From: Eledone cirrhosa
Taxonomy: Eukaryota
Direction of reading: 5' to 3'
DNA length: 64,000 nt
NCBI GenBank assembly: GCA_964016885.1
Contig: OZ024760.1
Location: 25,792,001-25,856,000 of the forward strand
In this document: positions 38,807 through 57,879 of the stretch, in pieces
Position numbering within the stretch: the first letter of the stretch is position 1
How the letters are laid out: each line of letters starts with the position of its first letter
Notes under the pieces: generated by a model
What the model was told of the DNA's origin: nothing
Seen by the model: the letters and a program-made list of their open reading frames with translations, nothing else
Database searches by the model: none
Made by a program: the position numbers and the translations under genes

Positions 38807-39071
38807 TTCCAACTCACTCAACAAACATTAGGAAATACCTGAGTATATTCCCAATTAAACGTTTGGGGTGCTAACTATATTGTATTGAGTGGATAATTGG
38901 TGTATTATTTCATATGAGATATATCAAATATATCATTTCCCAGACGACTCGTTTCATTATAAGATTTCTACAAGTTGGGTGAAATTATACCAAGTTATGT
39001 AGAAGCTTGTTGTATAAGATCAACATATACTTATTCAAGTGGGCTTTTATAAATCTTCAGTGGGTACCCAA
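38807..39071 (-). mobile_element. Cassette HH-H with long-stem-II hammerhead (38939-39064); copy at 60130-60400(+), fragment at 2693-2737
   Basis: rc: ccca-CTGAAGA-tttataa..ttataat-GAAA-cgagtcg-TC-tggg. Confidence 0.6.
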
Positions 39072-39089
39072 TATATATGTATATACACA

Positions 39090-40125
<1,036 letters not shown>

Positions 40126-40154
40126 TATATACATATTTCAGGGTACATATATAT

Positions 40155-41095
40155 ATAGTTCGTTTTTGAAAGATTTCATATCTGAACACATGTGTTAAAC
40201 AGATATTGTTATACTTTGGGAGGGTCATGTTGCCATTAAAGACACACGCACGTGTCGGCTTTCCCCTCAATTTATTATAAATTTCCGGTTGGTTGGTTCC
40301 ATAACCTGATGGTTGTTTATATATTGTCAAAGCTCTTTCGTCACACAATCTGTGACCACTTCAGGGACTGAGTGTTTATTTTGTGTCTCCCCTTTGTTCT
40401 GTTCTACACCATCTTGTCTTTGTGTGTAATCTGGTTAGTTTGCGCATGCGTTACATCCGGGTGTGCGTGTGTGTTTTTATTTAATCTATTTATGTGTTTA
40501 TTTACTTGTCACTAGTTGTTTGTTCTAACTGTGTGTGTCTGATTTGTTTTGTTAGTTTGGTATTTGTGTATGTCTGTATGTCTTCATCTTGTCCTTTATT
40601 ACTAGTTGTGATGTTGCTATTCCACTGATGTTTACTGTTTAATTTTGGCTGGATTTCGTTTATGTTTGTCGCCTCTGTGATTTGTCTGAGCATTGCATCT
40701 TTTCTGTGTGTGGATATAATTTTTTATCTCTATGTTCTCTAATGTGCCCCAATGTTCTATTTTGGCATGTTGGTGGAGTACTGATGAGTTTCTCCCATCC
40801 TGGAGTTCTCGCCAGTGTTCACTTATCCTTTCTCCTACGCTACGGGCTGTTTCACCTATGTATGTTAAGTTTTTATTCCTACACTGTCTCTCAGTACCTC
40901 ATATGCTATATACTACGTTCCTAGTTTTACAGTTAGTTTGCAAGCTTAGCTTGCAGACTATGCATTTCTTATCAGTGCAGGGGGTTCTTTGAAATTGGTA
41001 TGCTTTACTAATTAGGGTTCTATGGAAATACCTGGTTTTTCCAATATCTTAATACTCCATTTGAACTTGTCTAGAGCCCTTCTAAATATGTAAGC
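40155..41095 (-). mobile_element. Penelope-like element 3' end: Cys-rich linker, GIY-YIG endonuclease, 3'UTR/pLTR with HH-G hammerhead (40326-40369)
   Basis: PCTDKKCIVC..NCKTRNVVYSI*..C..YIGETARSVGERISEH..DAMLRQITEA..PKLNSKHQW read on the minus strand. Confidence 0.85.
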
Positions 41096-41179
41096 TTAAT
41101 GGGGCAAAACCATGCCGATCTCCAGATGGACTGTCCGTCTTTCCATTGTTTTTTTCCCATTGCCTTTGTCCTGAGCGTT

Positions 41180-41229
<50 letters not shown>

Positions 41230-41241
41230 TGAATATATTGA

Positions 41242-41291
<50 letters not shown>

Positions 41292-41579
41292 CTACATTTA
41301 TCTATATATACATATACACTGATATACATATATACAGATGTATATCACTCCATTTAATACATTATACTACTTAGCAAGCAGTGATGGTAGCAATGGTGGA
41401 AATGATGGCAATGGTGAACATGTTGTTTTGTGAGCAAGTTTAAACTGTTTGAGAGCGTATATCACAACTATGGAACATTTATCGGAAATCATTTGCAAGT
41501 AGGCAGAGTAAATCTTTCAAAATCATAAACACTTTTAGCTTGGGCCATGTAGAAATAACGATTTTTTCCTATCGGTATG

Positions 41580-42826
<1,247 letters not shown>

Positions 42827-43045
42827 ATGACATCCACGCATCTTACATTCTCTGTCTCCCTCTCCTCCGCCCCTCTCCCCACACTCACACACATCCCCTC
42901 TCCCCACTCTCCACCCCCTCTCCGCACTCTCCATCCCCTCTCCCCCTCTCTCACATCAGTTATAGTGTTACTTAAGAAGGAGAATATTTAAGTACAAATA
43001 TATTGACCAAATCTTAAAGGATTCTACATTTTATCAATCTTTTCA

Positions 43046-46000
43046 ACACTCCTCACCTTATACACACACTCCTTACCTTATACACACACTCCTTACCTTA
43101 TACACACACTCCTTACCTTATACACACCCTGCTTAAATTATACACACTCCTTACTTTATACACACACTCCTTACCTTATACACACCCTGCTTAAATTATA
43201 CACACTCCTTACTTTATACACACACTCCTTACCTTATACACACCCTGCTTAAATTATACACACCCTGCCTAAATTATACACACTCCTTACTTTATACACA
43301 CACTCCTTACCTTATACACACACTCCTTACCTTATACACACCCTGCTTAAATTACACACACTCCTTACCTTATACACACACTCCTTACCTTATACACACA
43401 CTGCCTACCTTATACACACTATCCTTACCTTATACACACACTCCTGACCTTATACACACCCTGCTTAAATTATACACACTCCTGACCTTATACACACACT
43501 GATTACCTGATACACACTCCTTACATTATACACACACTGCTTACCTTATACACACTCTCCTTACCTTATACACACTCTCATTACCTTATACACACTGGTT
43601 ACCTTATACACACACTGCTTACCTTATACACACTATACTTACCTTATACACACACTCATTACCTTATACACACACTCCTTACCATATACACCCTCCTTAC
43701 CTTATACACACTCTCCTTACCTTATACACACACTGATTACCTTATACACACTCTCCTTACATTATACACACTCTCATTACCGTATACACACTGGTTACCT
43801 TATACACACACTGCTTACCTTATACACACTATTCTTACCTTATACACACACTCCTTACCTTATACACCCTCCTTACCTTATACACACACTCCTTACCTTA
43901 TACACACACTGCTTACCTTATACACACACTACTTACCTTATATACACACTCCTTACCTTATACACACACTGCTTAACTTATACACACCCGTCTTACCTTA
44001 TATACACCCTACTTACCTTATACACACACTTCTTATCTTATACACACACTCCTGACCTTATACACACCCTGCTTAAATTATACACACTCCTTACCTTATA
44101 CACACACTGATTACCTGATACACACTCCTTACCTTATACACACACTGCTTACCTTATACACACTCTCCTTACCTTATACACACTCTCATTACCTCATACA
44201 CACTGGTTACCTTATACACACACTGCTTACCTTATACACACTATACTTACCTTATACACACACTCATTACCTTATACACACACTCCTTACCATATACACC
44301 CTCCTTACCTTATACACACTCTCATTACCTTATACACACTGGTTACCTTGTACACACACTTCTTACCTTATACACACTATCCTTACCTTATACACACACT
44401 CCTTACATTATACACACACTCCTTATCATATACACCCTCCTTACTTTATACACACACTCCTTACCTTATACACACACTGCCTACCTTATACACACACTAC
44501 TTACCTTATATACACACTCCTTACCTTATACACACACTGCTTACCTTATACACACCCGTCTTACCTTATATATACACGCTACTTACCTTATACACACACT
44601 CCTTATCTTATACACACACTCCTTACCATATACACACAATCCTTACCTTATATACACCCTACTTAACTTATACACACCCTACTTACCTTATAAACACCCT
44701 ACTTACCTTATACACACAATTCTTACCTTATACAGACACTTACCTTATACGCACATTCCTTATACACACTCCTTACCTGATACACACCCAGCATTAAATT
44801 ATACACACTCCTTATCTTATACACGCACTCATTACCTTAAACACAATGGTTAACTTATACACACCCTGCTTACCTTATACACACTCTCCTTAACTTATAC
44901 ACCCTCCTTACCTTATATACATAGTCCTTACCTTATACACCCTCCTTACCTTATACACAGACTCCTTACTTTATACGCAATACTTACCTTATACACACAC
45001 TCCTTACCTTATACACACACTCCTTATCTTATACAAACACTGCTTACCTTATACACACCCGCCTTACCTTATATACACCCTACTTACCTTATACACACAC
45101 TCCTTACCTTATACACACACTCCTTATCTTATACAGACACTGCTTACCTTATACACACCCGCCTTACCTTATATACATCCTACTTAACTTATACGCACAC
45201 TGCTTACCTTATACACACTCCATAACTTATACACACCCTCCTTACGTTATACACACCCTCCTTACCTTATATACACCCTACTTTCCTTATACACACACTC
45301 CTTACCTTATACAAACACTCCATAACTCATACACACTCTCCTTTCCTTATAGAAAACTTTCTTACCTTATATACACCCTACATACCTTATACACACTATC
45401 CTTGCCTTATACACACACTCCTTATTTTATACACACACTCCTTACCTTATACAAACCCTCCTTACCTTATATACACCCTCCAGACCTTATACACACACTC
45501 CTTACCTTATGCACACATTGCTTACCTTATATACACACTCCTTACCTTATACACACCCTACTTACCTTATATACATACACCTTACCATATACACACACTC
45601 CTTACCTTATACGCACCCACCTAACCTTATACACACTCGCCTTACCTTATACGCACACTGCTTACCTTATACACACTCCTTAACTTATACACACCCTCCT
45701 TACCTTATACACACACTCCTTACCTTATACACACGCTCCTTACCTTATATACACCCTACTTTCCTTATACACACACTCCTTACCTTATACAAACACTCAT
45801 TAACTCATACACACACTCCTTTCCTTATACAAACACTCCTTACCTTATATACAAACTCCTTATTTTATACACGCACTCCTTACCTTTTACAAACCCTCCT
45901 TACCTTATATACACTCTCCTTACCTTATACACACACTCCTTACCTTATACACACATTGCTTACCTTATATACACACTCCTTACGTTATACACACACTCCT

Positions 46001-47640
46001 TACCTTATATACACACTCCTTACGTTATACACACACTCCTTACATTATACACACACTTGTTACCTTATACACACTCTCCTTACCTTATACACACACTCCT
46101 TCTCATATACACACATTCCTTACCTTATACACAAACTTCTTCTCTTATATACACCGTCCTTACCTTATACACACATTCCTTATCTTATACACACGCTCAT
46201 TACCTTATACACACACTTCTTACATTATACACACACTCCTTACATTATACATACACTCCTTACATTATACACATACTCCTTACCTTATACACAGTCTCCT
46301 TAATTTATATACACCCTCCTTAACTTATATACACATTGCTTACCTTATATACACCCTACTTACCTTATACACACACTGCTTACCTTATATACACACTCCT
46401 TACCTTATACACACACTCCTTAGCTTATACATACACTCTTTACCTTATAAACACACACCTCACCTTATACACACACTCCTTACCTTATAAATACCCTGCT
46501 TAAATTATACACACTCCTTGCCTTGTACACACCCTGATTAAATTATACACACACTCCTTACCTTATACAAACACTGCTTACCTTATATACACCCTACTTA
46601 CCTTATACACACCCTCCTTATCTTATACACACCCACCTTACCTTATAAACACACTCCTTGCCTTATACACACACTCCTTACCTTATACACTCACTGCTTA
46701 CCTTATACACACCCTACTTACCTTATACACACTCTCCTTACCTTATACACACACTCCTTACCTTATATACACCCTCCTTACCTTATACACACACTCCTTA
46801 CATTATACACACACTCCTTAGATTACACACACACTCCTTCCCTTATATGCACCCTCCTTACATTATACACACACTCTTTACATTATACACACTCCTTACC
46901 TTATACACACTCCTTACCTTATATACACCCTGCTTAAATTATACACACTCCTTACCTTATACACACCCTGCTTAAATTATACACACACTCCTTAGCTTAT
47001 ACACACACTGCTTACCTTATATTAACCTCCTTACCTTAAACACACCCTCCTTACCTTATACACACCCACCTTACCTTATACACACACTCTTTACTTTATA
47101 CACACACTGTTTACCTTATACACACACTCCTTACCTTATACACACACTCCTTACCTTATATACACACTGCTTACCTTATATTAACCTCCTTACCTTATAC
47201 ACACCCTACTTACCTTATATATATACACCTTACCTTATACACACACTCCTTACCTTATACGCACCCACCTTATACACACCCTACTTACCTTATATACACA
47301 CACCTTACCTTATACACACACTCCTTACCTTATATACATCCTACTTACCTTATACACACACACCTTACTTTATACACACACTCCTTATCTTATACACACA
47401 CTCCTTATCTTATATACACACTCCTTACCTTATATACATCCTACTTACCTTATACACACACACCTTACCTTATACACACACTCCCTGCCTTATATACACC
47501 CTCGTTACCTTATACACACACTGCTTACCTTATACACACACTCCTTAACTTATACACACACTGCTTACCTTATACACCCCCTCCTTACCTTATACACACA
47601 CTGCTTACCTTATACACACTCCTTACCTTATACACACACA
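43046..47640. repeat. 4.6-kb satellite, ~18-20 bp unit ACACACACTCCTTACCTTAT
   Basis: More than 200 degenerate copies; strand almost devoid of G. Confidence 0.95.
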
Positions 47641-47642
47641 GA

Positions 47643-47790
47643 GTTTATATCAGTTTAATATCGAAATAGTTTCTACAGGACTAGAAATGTTTCATTCAGA
47701 AGAAATCATCAGGGTGTCCATGATGATTTCTTCTCAATGAAACAGTTCTAGTCCTGTAGAAGCCATTTCTATATTAAACTTGATATAAAC
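47643..47790. repeat. Fold-back palindrome with degenerate hammerhead-like core
   Basis: Inverted arms; rc CTGATGA-tttc ttct gaat-GAAAC. Confidence 0.55.
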
Positions 47791-47905
47791 ACTTACCAAA
47801 CGCACTAAACTGAACGCAGACATCCTGCCTTCCTTACAACGACTAAAAAAAAAACCTGACAGCAATGGCCGCCATTTGGCGAGGACACACATTATCATGT
47901 TGCAG

Positions 47906-48127
<222 letters not shown>

Positions 48128-48135
48128 GTTTATTA

Positions 48136-48261
<126 letters not shown>

Positions 48262-48266
48262 GTTTA

Positions 48267-48315
<49 letters not shown>

Positions 48316-48320
48316 GTTTA

Positions 48321-48791
<471 letters not shown>

Positions 48792-48795
48792 TATA

Positions 48796-49345
48796 TTAAA
48801 ATAACAGATTAAATTTTAAGCAAAGAATCGCTGCTTTCACCCTTCACGGGATCTTCTGAAACTAAAAAAAGTCAATCTGTGGACGCAGAAGTAAATATTT
48901 CAAAAAACGTTGCGACCGAAGGTAGACAGTAAGACGATACTTTGGTTCGTGGAAACGTTCCCTTCACAAAACATACAGGTAATATATACTTACCTATACG
49001 AATAAGTAATGGTATAAACGTAACATACACTAATCTACCGCATCAAGACGTAAAATGTCCGCGTATAGTTCGTACTATCCGTTAGGGTATAATGTGGGGC
49101 TTTAATACAGAAAAGTTTTGTGCAATTTATGTTTACAATCCGAAATTCCCTCAGATTTTTTGTTTAATATGTTGTCTTTGAGATAGAATATTTCCAGGGC
49201 CTCAGCGGCGCAGAGGTCAAAGGGTCTTTTATTTGCCTTATACGATCTAGCCCTAACTAGGATCTCCCGGTGTAACTTATATTGGGTGTGGTTGTCTTTT
49301 ATACTCCAGATATAGGCTGAAAGTGACGTCATATTCCTTCTATCT
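48796..49345 (-). mobile_element. Penelope-like element 3' end: GIY-YIG C-terminus, 3'UTR, HH-C hammerhead (48813-48863)
   Basis: TSLSAYIWSIK..DLCAAEALEI..ILNKKSE..CKHK resembles the PLE EN C-terminus; contiguous with the HH-C cassette. Confidence 0.8.
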
Positions 49346-49509
49346 ACAAACGAGCATATTTTCAACAACAATTCCATATATTACAATGAAGCTTTTGCTC
49401 GGAGTGGATTTATCGATAGGGAAGCTTATACAGAGTACGAAAATAGACCTAGGAAAAATAGATTCCGACGCATTATATGGTATAACCCATGTATGTATTT
49501 CGTTCGGAC

Positions 49510-49680
49510 CATGTCTCGAGCTGCCTGCCGGCGAAACAATTGTAACAAAGAATAAATTAAGTCCAGATGCATCACTGATTTTTCGTTTTCTTTATACTAT
49601 CTACACTCTACTCTGCTGAATATCGAGTGCTAATTTTGGCATACCGCCTATGGAAGCACCATAGCTAGCATTATACACAA
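49510..49680 (+). repeat. Dispersed repeat (inverted copy 58760-58925) with partial hammerhead-like GAAACAATTGTA
   Basis: Reverse-complement match; 5' core incomplete. Confidence 0.55.
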
Positions 49681-49724
49681 CTATATATATATATGTATAT
49701 ATATATATATAAGTATATATATAT

Positions 49725-49932
49725 ATTGTTATACTTTAGTTGCTTTCACTCCAATTTATTATAAATTTAAGAATTTATAAATTTCCGGTTGGTTGGTTGG
49801 TTCCACAACCGGACGGTTGTTCATATATTGTCAAAGTTCTTTCGTCACACATTCTGTGACTTCTTCAGTTACTGGGGATTCTTTTCTTTGTTTTGTGCCT
49901 CTCCTTTTTTCTGTCCTACGCCATCTTGTTTT

Positions 49933-49935
<3 letters not shown>
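49725..49935 (-). mobile_element. PLE pLTR fragment, HH-G (hammerhead 49830-49873)
   Basis: Homologous to 40200-40420 and 52390-52650. Confidence 0.7.
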
Positions 49936-50026
<91 letters not shown>

Positions 50027-50383
50027 TATATTACAGTATTTACGTATCGAGAGAGAGAAAAAAAAAGGGGAAGATAGGTGATACATATAGTTATTTGCCA
50101 AGTAGCGTATGTCAAATGTGCTCGATACTAGTGCCGGCAGTATTAAATATTCGAAGTGTTAATATTTAGTGGGCTAGAGAGTTAGCAGAGCGTAAGCACG
50201 TGGGAAAGTAAGAAATCAGCGAATAGACCGTTAAAACGAATAAACATGTTTTAACGGTCTATTCTATAAGTATATATATATATATATATAAGTATATATA
50301 TATATAAGTATATATATATATATATATAAGTATATATATAACTATATATATAAGTATATATAGAAGTATATATATATATATAA

Positions 50384-50452
<69 letters not shown>

Positions 50453-50714
50453 GATGATAGTCAGAACATCACTGATGATGGAAAGTCTCGTTTCTCGCTC
50501 TATTTTTCATTCATATGTATCACTCTCGCAACAAGGCAGCACGCCGTTTTTTCATTCATATATATTTTTTCCTCGCTGTGGTTTGTCTTTTTCTATCACC
50601 TTACTGCTATCCTCTTTCTCTTCCCCTTCTCTCTCCTTGAACCTCTTGCTTTCATTCACCCCCTCTGCTGGTCAAACTCTCTCGGCTGGCGCCTCTTCCT
50701 CACATATATATATA

Positions 50715-50765
<51 letters not shown>

Positions 50766-50821
50766 AATTTATATATGTATATATATATTATGTATATATA
50801 TATATATTATATATCTGTATA

Positions 50822-51954
50822 TATATAAAATCACACGGCCGATTTTCATGAAACTTTACAGGCTCATTGATTAGTTATCGGGGAGTGTTATCTATATATT
50901 AGCGTATCGTTTGTTTTTTTATTCCGGGGTCACTCTGCAGATAAATATCGATAGGGGGGGGGGTCCCCTTTTTTTAGGTATTGAAAAATAAGCTTTTTGG
51001 CTCTAGCTCCCACAAATTTGCCACCGATTCCGCTCAAATTTTAAAGCAAAATAGAATTTATCATTGCACATCCTGTAATGGCTTCATATTTTGCATTTGT
51101 TGTTCAGGGACGGCGTGGCAGCCGCTTAAATATTAAAAAATACCACTTTTAGGCTAAAATTTCGGCTCTAGGTCCCACATTAATCAACCTACTTTGTTCA
51201 AATTTTACACTATGCTAGATCTGATTATTTCACGTCTTAAATTGGCTTTAGATTCTGGATTTTTTGTTCAGGAACGGCGTGGCAGCCGCTTAAATATTCG
51301 AAAATACCATCTTTTCGCTCAAATTTCCACCTTTTCGACTCTAGCTCCCATATTTTTCAACCGATTTCGTTCAAATTCGAAACTTCGGCTCCACCTCACA
51401 CATAAATCAATTTATTTGGTTCAACTTTTATACTACGATAGAACCTATCATTGCACATCTTATAGTAGCTTTACACTTTGCATTTTTTGTTCAGGGACAG
51501 CGTGGCAGCCGTTTTACTCTTCAAAATACGATTTTTTCCACCTGTCACATATTCCGTACGATTTCACTCAACATTTCGCTATTTGTTACACCTTACGACC
51601 GATTTTCTAGAAACTCGCCAGCTCATGAACTACTAACCTGCTCTTGGTCAAAGGCAAAACGATGGCCACTGACATAGTCTCAGCTATTAGTTGTGTATTT
51701 GAGAATTCATCGATTCCCAATCAAGTAGCGTGAGGAAATTTGGCTTTGTGCTAGAAGTCATTATCTCCCTCCCCCAGCATGCCCCTTCGTCAGTCACCCG
51801 CGTTTCTCATTGATAGAGGTCATCACCACCCTCCCCCGCATGGCCTGTGTGTGGCCATAGATGAGTCATCGAGAATCAGTCGCTAAGATCAACACCTTTC
51901 CATCAAAGCAGATATTATTTTACCTACCCAGGCAACGCTGGGTACTGCTGTTAG
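50822..51954 (+). mobile_element. Non-autonomous Helitron (relative of 39207-40125 with an extra ~270-bp segment)
   Basis: Same body; hairpin followed by TTAG|T end. Confidence 0.8.
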
Positions 51955-52247
51955 TATATTATATATATTATATATATATATATATATTATATATACATAT
52001 ATTATATATATATATATCATATATATAGGAAAAAGTATGACCCCGACGGCAGAGCTCAAGCCGTTCGACGGCTATTTCTCGATTCCGAGTCCAGAAATAG
52101 CCGTCGAAACGGCTTGAGCTCTACCGTCGGGGTCATACTTTTTCCTATTACCCACTCTACTACCCTAAGTATTGAGTACTCTGGTGTGGTATGGTCCATC
52201 TAGTTCCTTACCACAACTCCATCGTTATATTATATATATATATATAT

Positions 52248-52334
<87 letters not shown>

Positions 52335-52337
<3 letters not shown>

Positions 52338-53221
52338 CGTTTCTGAATTTGTTTAGCAAGATTCTTTATCTGAAATCGTGTGTTGAAACCGATATTGTTA
52401 TACTTTGGGAGGGTCATGTTGCCAATAAGAAACACACGCACCAGTTGCTTTCACTTCAATTTATTATATATTTATATATTTACAAATCTACAAACTTATA
52501 AATTTCTGGTTGGTTGGTTGGTTCCACAACCAGATAGTTGTTTATATATAGTCATAGTCCTTTCGTCACACACTCTGTGACCTCTTCAGTGACTGGGGAT
52601 TCCTTTCTTTGTTCCTGTGCCTTTCCTTTCTTCTATCATACGCCATTTTGTTTCTGTGTGTGTGTTGTGTGCTCAGTTTGCGCATGCGCCACATCCGGGT
52701 GTCTGTGTGTTTGTGTTCATTTATCTATTTGTTTATTTATTTATTTATTTATTTATTGTTGGTTGGTTGTTTGTTCTATGTGTGTGTGTGTTTTCATTTT
52801 GTCCTGTGTGTGTTTTCATTTTGTCCTTAATTGTAAGTTGTTTGTTCTATGTGTGTGTGTTTTCATTTTGTCCTGTGTGTGTTTTCATTTTGTCCTTAAT
52901 TGTAAATAAATAAACAAATAGATAAATGAACACAAACACACACAGACACCCGGATGTGGCGCATGCGCAAACTGAGCACACAACACACACACAGAAACAA
53001 AATGGCGTAGGATAGAAGAAAAGAAAGGCACAGAAACAAAGAAAGGAATCCCCAGTCACTGAAGAGGTCACAGAGTGTGTGACGAAAGGACTATGACTAT
53101 ATATAAACAACTATCTGGTTGTGGAACCAACCAACCAACCAGAAATTTATAAGTTTGTAGATTTGTAAATTTATAAATATATAATAAATTGAAGTGAAAG
53201 CAACTGGTGCGTGTGTTTCTT
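52335..53221. mobile_element. Inverted PLE pLTR pair (arms ~52427-52745 and 52905-53221) with hammerheads at 52550-52594(-) and 53054-53098(+)
   Basis: agtca-CTGAAGA-g-gtcaca gagtg tgtgac-GAAA-ggac-TA-tgact; ~315-bp near-identical inverted arms. Confidence 0.8.
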
Positions 53222-53229
53222 ATATATAG

Positions 53230-53473
53230 TAATAATAATAAATTTGAAGACTAAAATCCAAAGAGGGCTCGATAAGGATAAATATATATCAAATATATAA
53301 GAACCGTAGAGCAAATATTTATTAAAATAGCAGATTAAAGTTTAAGCAAAGAATCGGTGCTTTCACCCTTAACGGGATCTTCTGAAACTATTTCAATATT
53401 AGTTTCAAAAGATCCCGTTAAGGGTTAAAGCACCGATTCTTTGCTTAAACTTTAATCTGTTATTTTAATAAAT
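53230..53473. mobile_element. HH-C fold-back cassette
   Basis: Arms 53316-53390 and 53400-53473; same family as 7015-7355. Confidence 0.75.
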
Positions 53474-53500
53474 ATATATTATATATATATATATATATTA

Positions 53501-53559
<59 letters not shown>

Positions 53560-53569
53560 TGTATATATA

Positions 53570-53618
<49 letters not shown>

Positions 53619-53862
53619 ATATATATATATATTACATATATATTATATATATATTATATATATATACGAGTAGGACCCCGACGGCTGAGCTCAAGCCGTT
53701 TCGACGGCTAATTCTGGACTAAAATAGTCCAGAATTAGCCGTCGAAACGGCTTGAGCTCAGCCGTCGGGGTCCTACTCGTTCTAATTACCCACTCTACTA
53801 CCCTAAGTATTGAGTACTTTGGTGCGTTATGGTCCACCTGGTTCCTTACCACATTTCCACCG

Positions 53863-53911
<49 letters not shown>

Positions 53912-53974
53912 ATATATATATATATATATATATATTGTATATATATATATATTACATATATATTATATATATAT

Positions 53975-54008
<34 letters not shown>

Positions 54009-54142
54009 ATATATTGTATATATATATATATTACATATATATTATATATATATTATATATATATTATATATATATAATATATATATATATATATACATAT
54101 ATAAATATATATATATATAAATATATATATACATATATAAAT

Positions 54143-54272
<130 letters not shown>

Positions 54273-54414
54273 ATATATATATATATTGTATATATATATA
54301 TATTACATATATACTATATATATATTATATATATATTATATATATATAATATATATATATATATATACATATATAAATATATATATATATAAATATATAT
54401 ATACATATATAAAT

Positions 54415-54552
<138 letters not shown>

Positions 54553-54737
54553 TTAAGGGTACTATTTATGGTTATGTATGTAATAAAACCTTTAATGGTA
54601 ATATATTATATATACAAACCCTAAATAGTGAAAGATAGTCATTAATATGTCACCCCACTGTTGATCAATATGCGCATATGTTTTATGTGTCTCTTGGGTT
54701 GAAAAGGAGGTCAAGTATGTTATAGATCAGTATATAG

Positions 54738-54786
54738 TTGCTCCGAAGAATCCAAACCTCGGTTTGGAGGAAACAATTGTAAGCAA
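54738..54786 (+). ncRNA. Minimal hammerhead motif with U4C core (HH-F related)
   Basis: ttgct-CCGAAGA-a tccaaac ctcg gtttgga g-GAAA-caattg-TA-agcaa. Confidence 0.65.
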
Positions 54787-55002
54787 ATAAATGACTTAAA
54801 CTGAACTTTGATTATTGTAATCTCTCTCTCTCTCTATATATATATATAAGATTAAACCAATCACCCGACATTCCTTCTAAATAAAGGGGGGTCTCTGAAA
54901 TAAATTCAATATTTTAAGTGTTCTTTTTTGGTTCAGAAAGATGAATATTTTATTAAAAGGTTCTCGTGGTTTTCTTATTATTTTTTATATAAATCATGAG
55001 AT

Positions 55003-56695
<1,693 letters not shown>

Positions 56696-56698
<3 letters not shown>

Positions 56699-56918
56699 GG
56701 TTTGACAGAATCGTTAAAGCGACGTTCGAGATACCTTGCAGTGTTCGTTACGACCCTCTTTGTTCTGGTTTCAAATCCCTCCTGGTTCAACTTTGCCATT
56801 CATCCTTAGGGGATCGATTGATACAAGTACCAGTAAAATACTGGTGTTCGATATAATCGCCTCACTGACCCCTCTCCCTCCATCCAAATCATTGTGCCTA
56901 CGATAGAAACCATTATAG
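56696..56918 (+). mobile_element. tRNA-SINE, diverged subfamily
   Basis: ttcaaatcc B box; ctttgccattcatcc..aagtaccagt core. Confidence 0.7.
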
Positions 56919-57879
56919 AACGAAATACACCATTCCACAGCTTCATCACACCCCCACCTTCACAGACCCACCATCACCTCACCACCATCACACACACACA
57001 CTCACCCCCCCACCCTCACACCCTCACAATCATACCCCACCATCACATCATGACCATCAGAACCACCACCAACAACACCACCCTCTACCACCACTTACCG
57101 CTTCCATCAAATGCCCAACACCACCAGTACCAGCACCACCACTAGCTACCACCCCCTCTCTCAATGTTATTTACCACTACCTACCACCATCACCACCACC
57201 ACTGCCACATAAAACCACCACCACTACAACCACCACCACCACTGCCACCTACCACCATCACCACCTTCCACTACCACCACCACCACCAACCCCACAACCT
57301 AACACCACCACCACCACCAACCAACACCCTTACCTACCTACCACCCCTCTCTCAATACTATATACCACCACCTACCACTTACCTACCACCAACACCACTG
57401 CCACCACCACCCCCACTACCTACCACCATCTAGCACCACCACCACCACTCCAAGCCCCACCACCCACTACCTACAACTCCTTCAATACAATCAACTAACC
57501 CAGCAGGAATGTTCCATTACAACAGATCGTGCCATCAAATGTCAAACGGTCTACACAGTAAAGGAAAAAAAACATTTATAAACTGAAACACTTCAATTCT
57601 ATACATATTTCCCACAATCCTCTCTCATTTCCTATTTCTGGCATTCTCCTTCCCGTCACCCTGACACACACACACACACACACACGAACACACACACACA
57701 ATTATTTTCTCTGTGTACATATACATATATATATATATATATATGTACATATGTATATATGTGTGTGTGTAATTTTATCTAATAACATATCTATCTTATT
57801 ATTTATCTATCTATCTATCTATATATCTATCTATATATCTATCTATATAGCTACCTATATATCTACCACTTCGTCATTC

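Noticed and set aside
40899-40903. In-frame TGA in the PLE endonuclease as selenocysteine (reported for some PLEs)
   Set aside because: Falls one codon before the expected Cys position, the copy also has a frameshift, and no SECIS was recognised
43046-47640. Telomere array or YTH-rich protein
   Set aside because: Unit is not TTAGGG/TTAGG; ORFs are satellite translations
50451-50500. CCGATGA..CTGATGA..GAAAG hammerhead-like text
   Set aside because: Could not form consistent stems I and III
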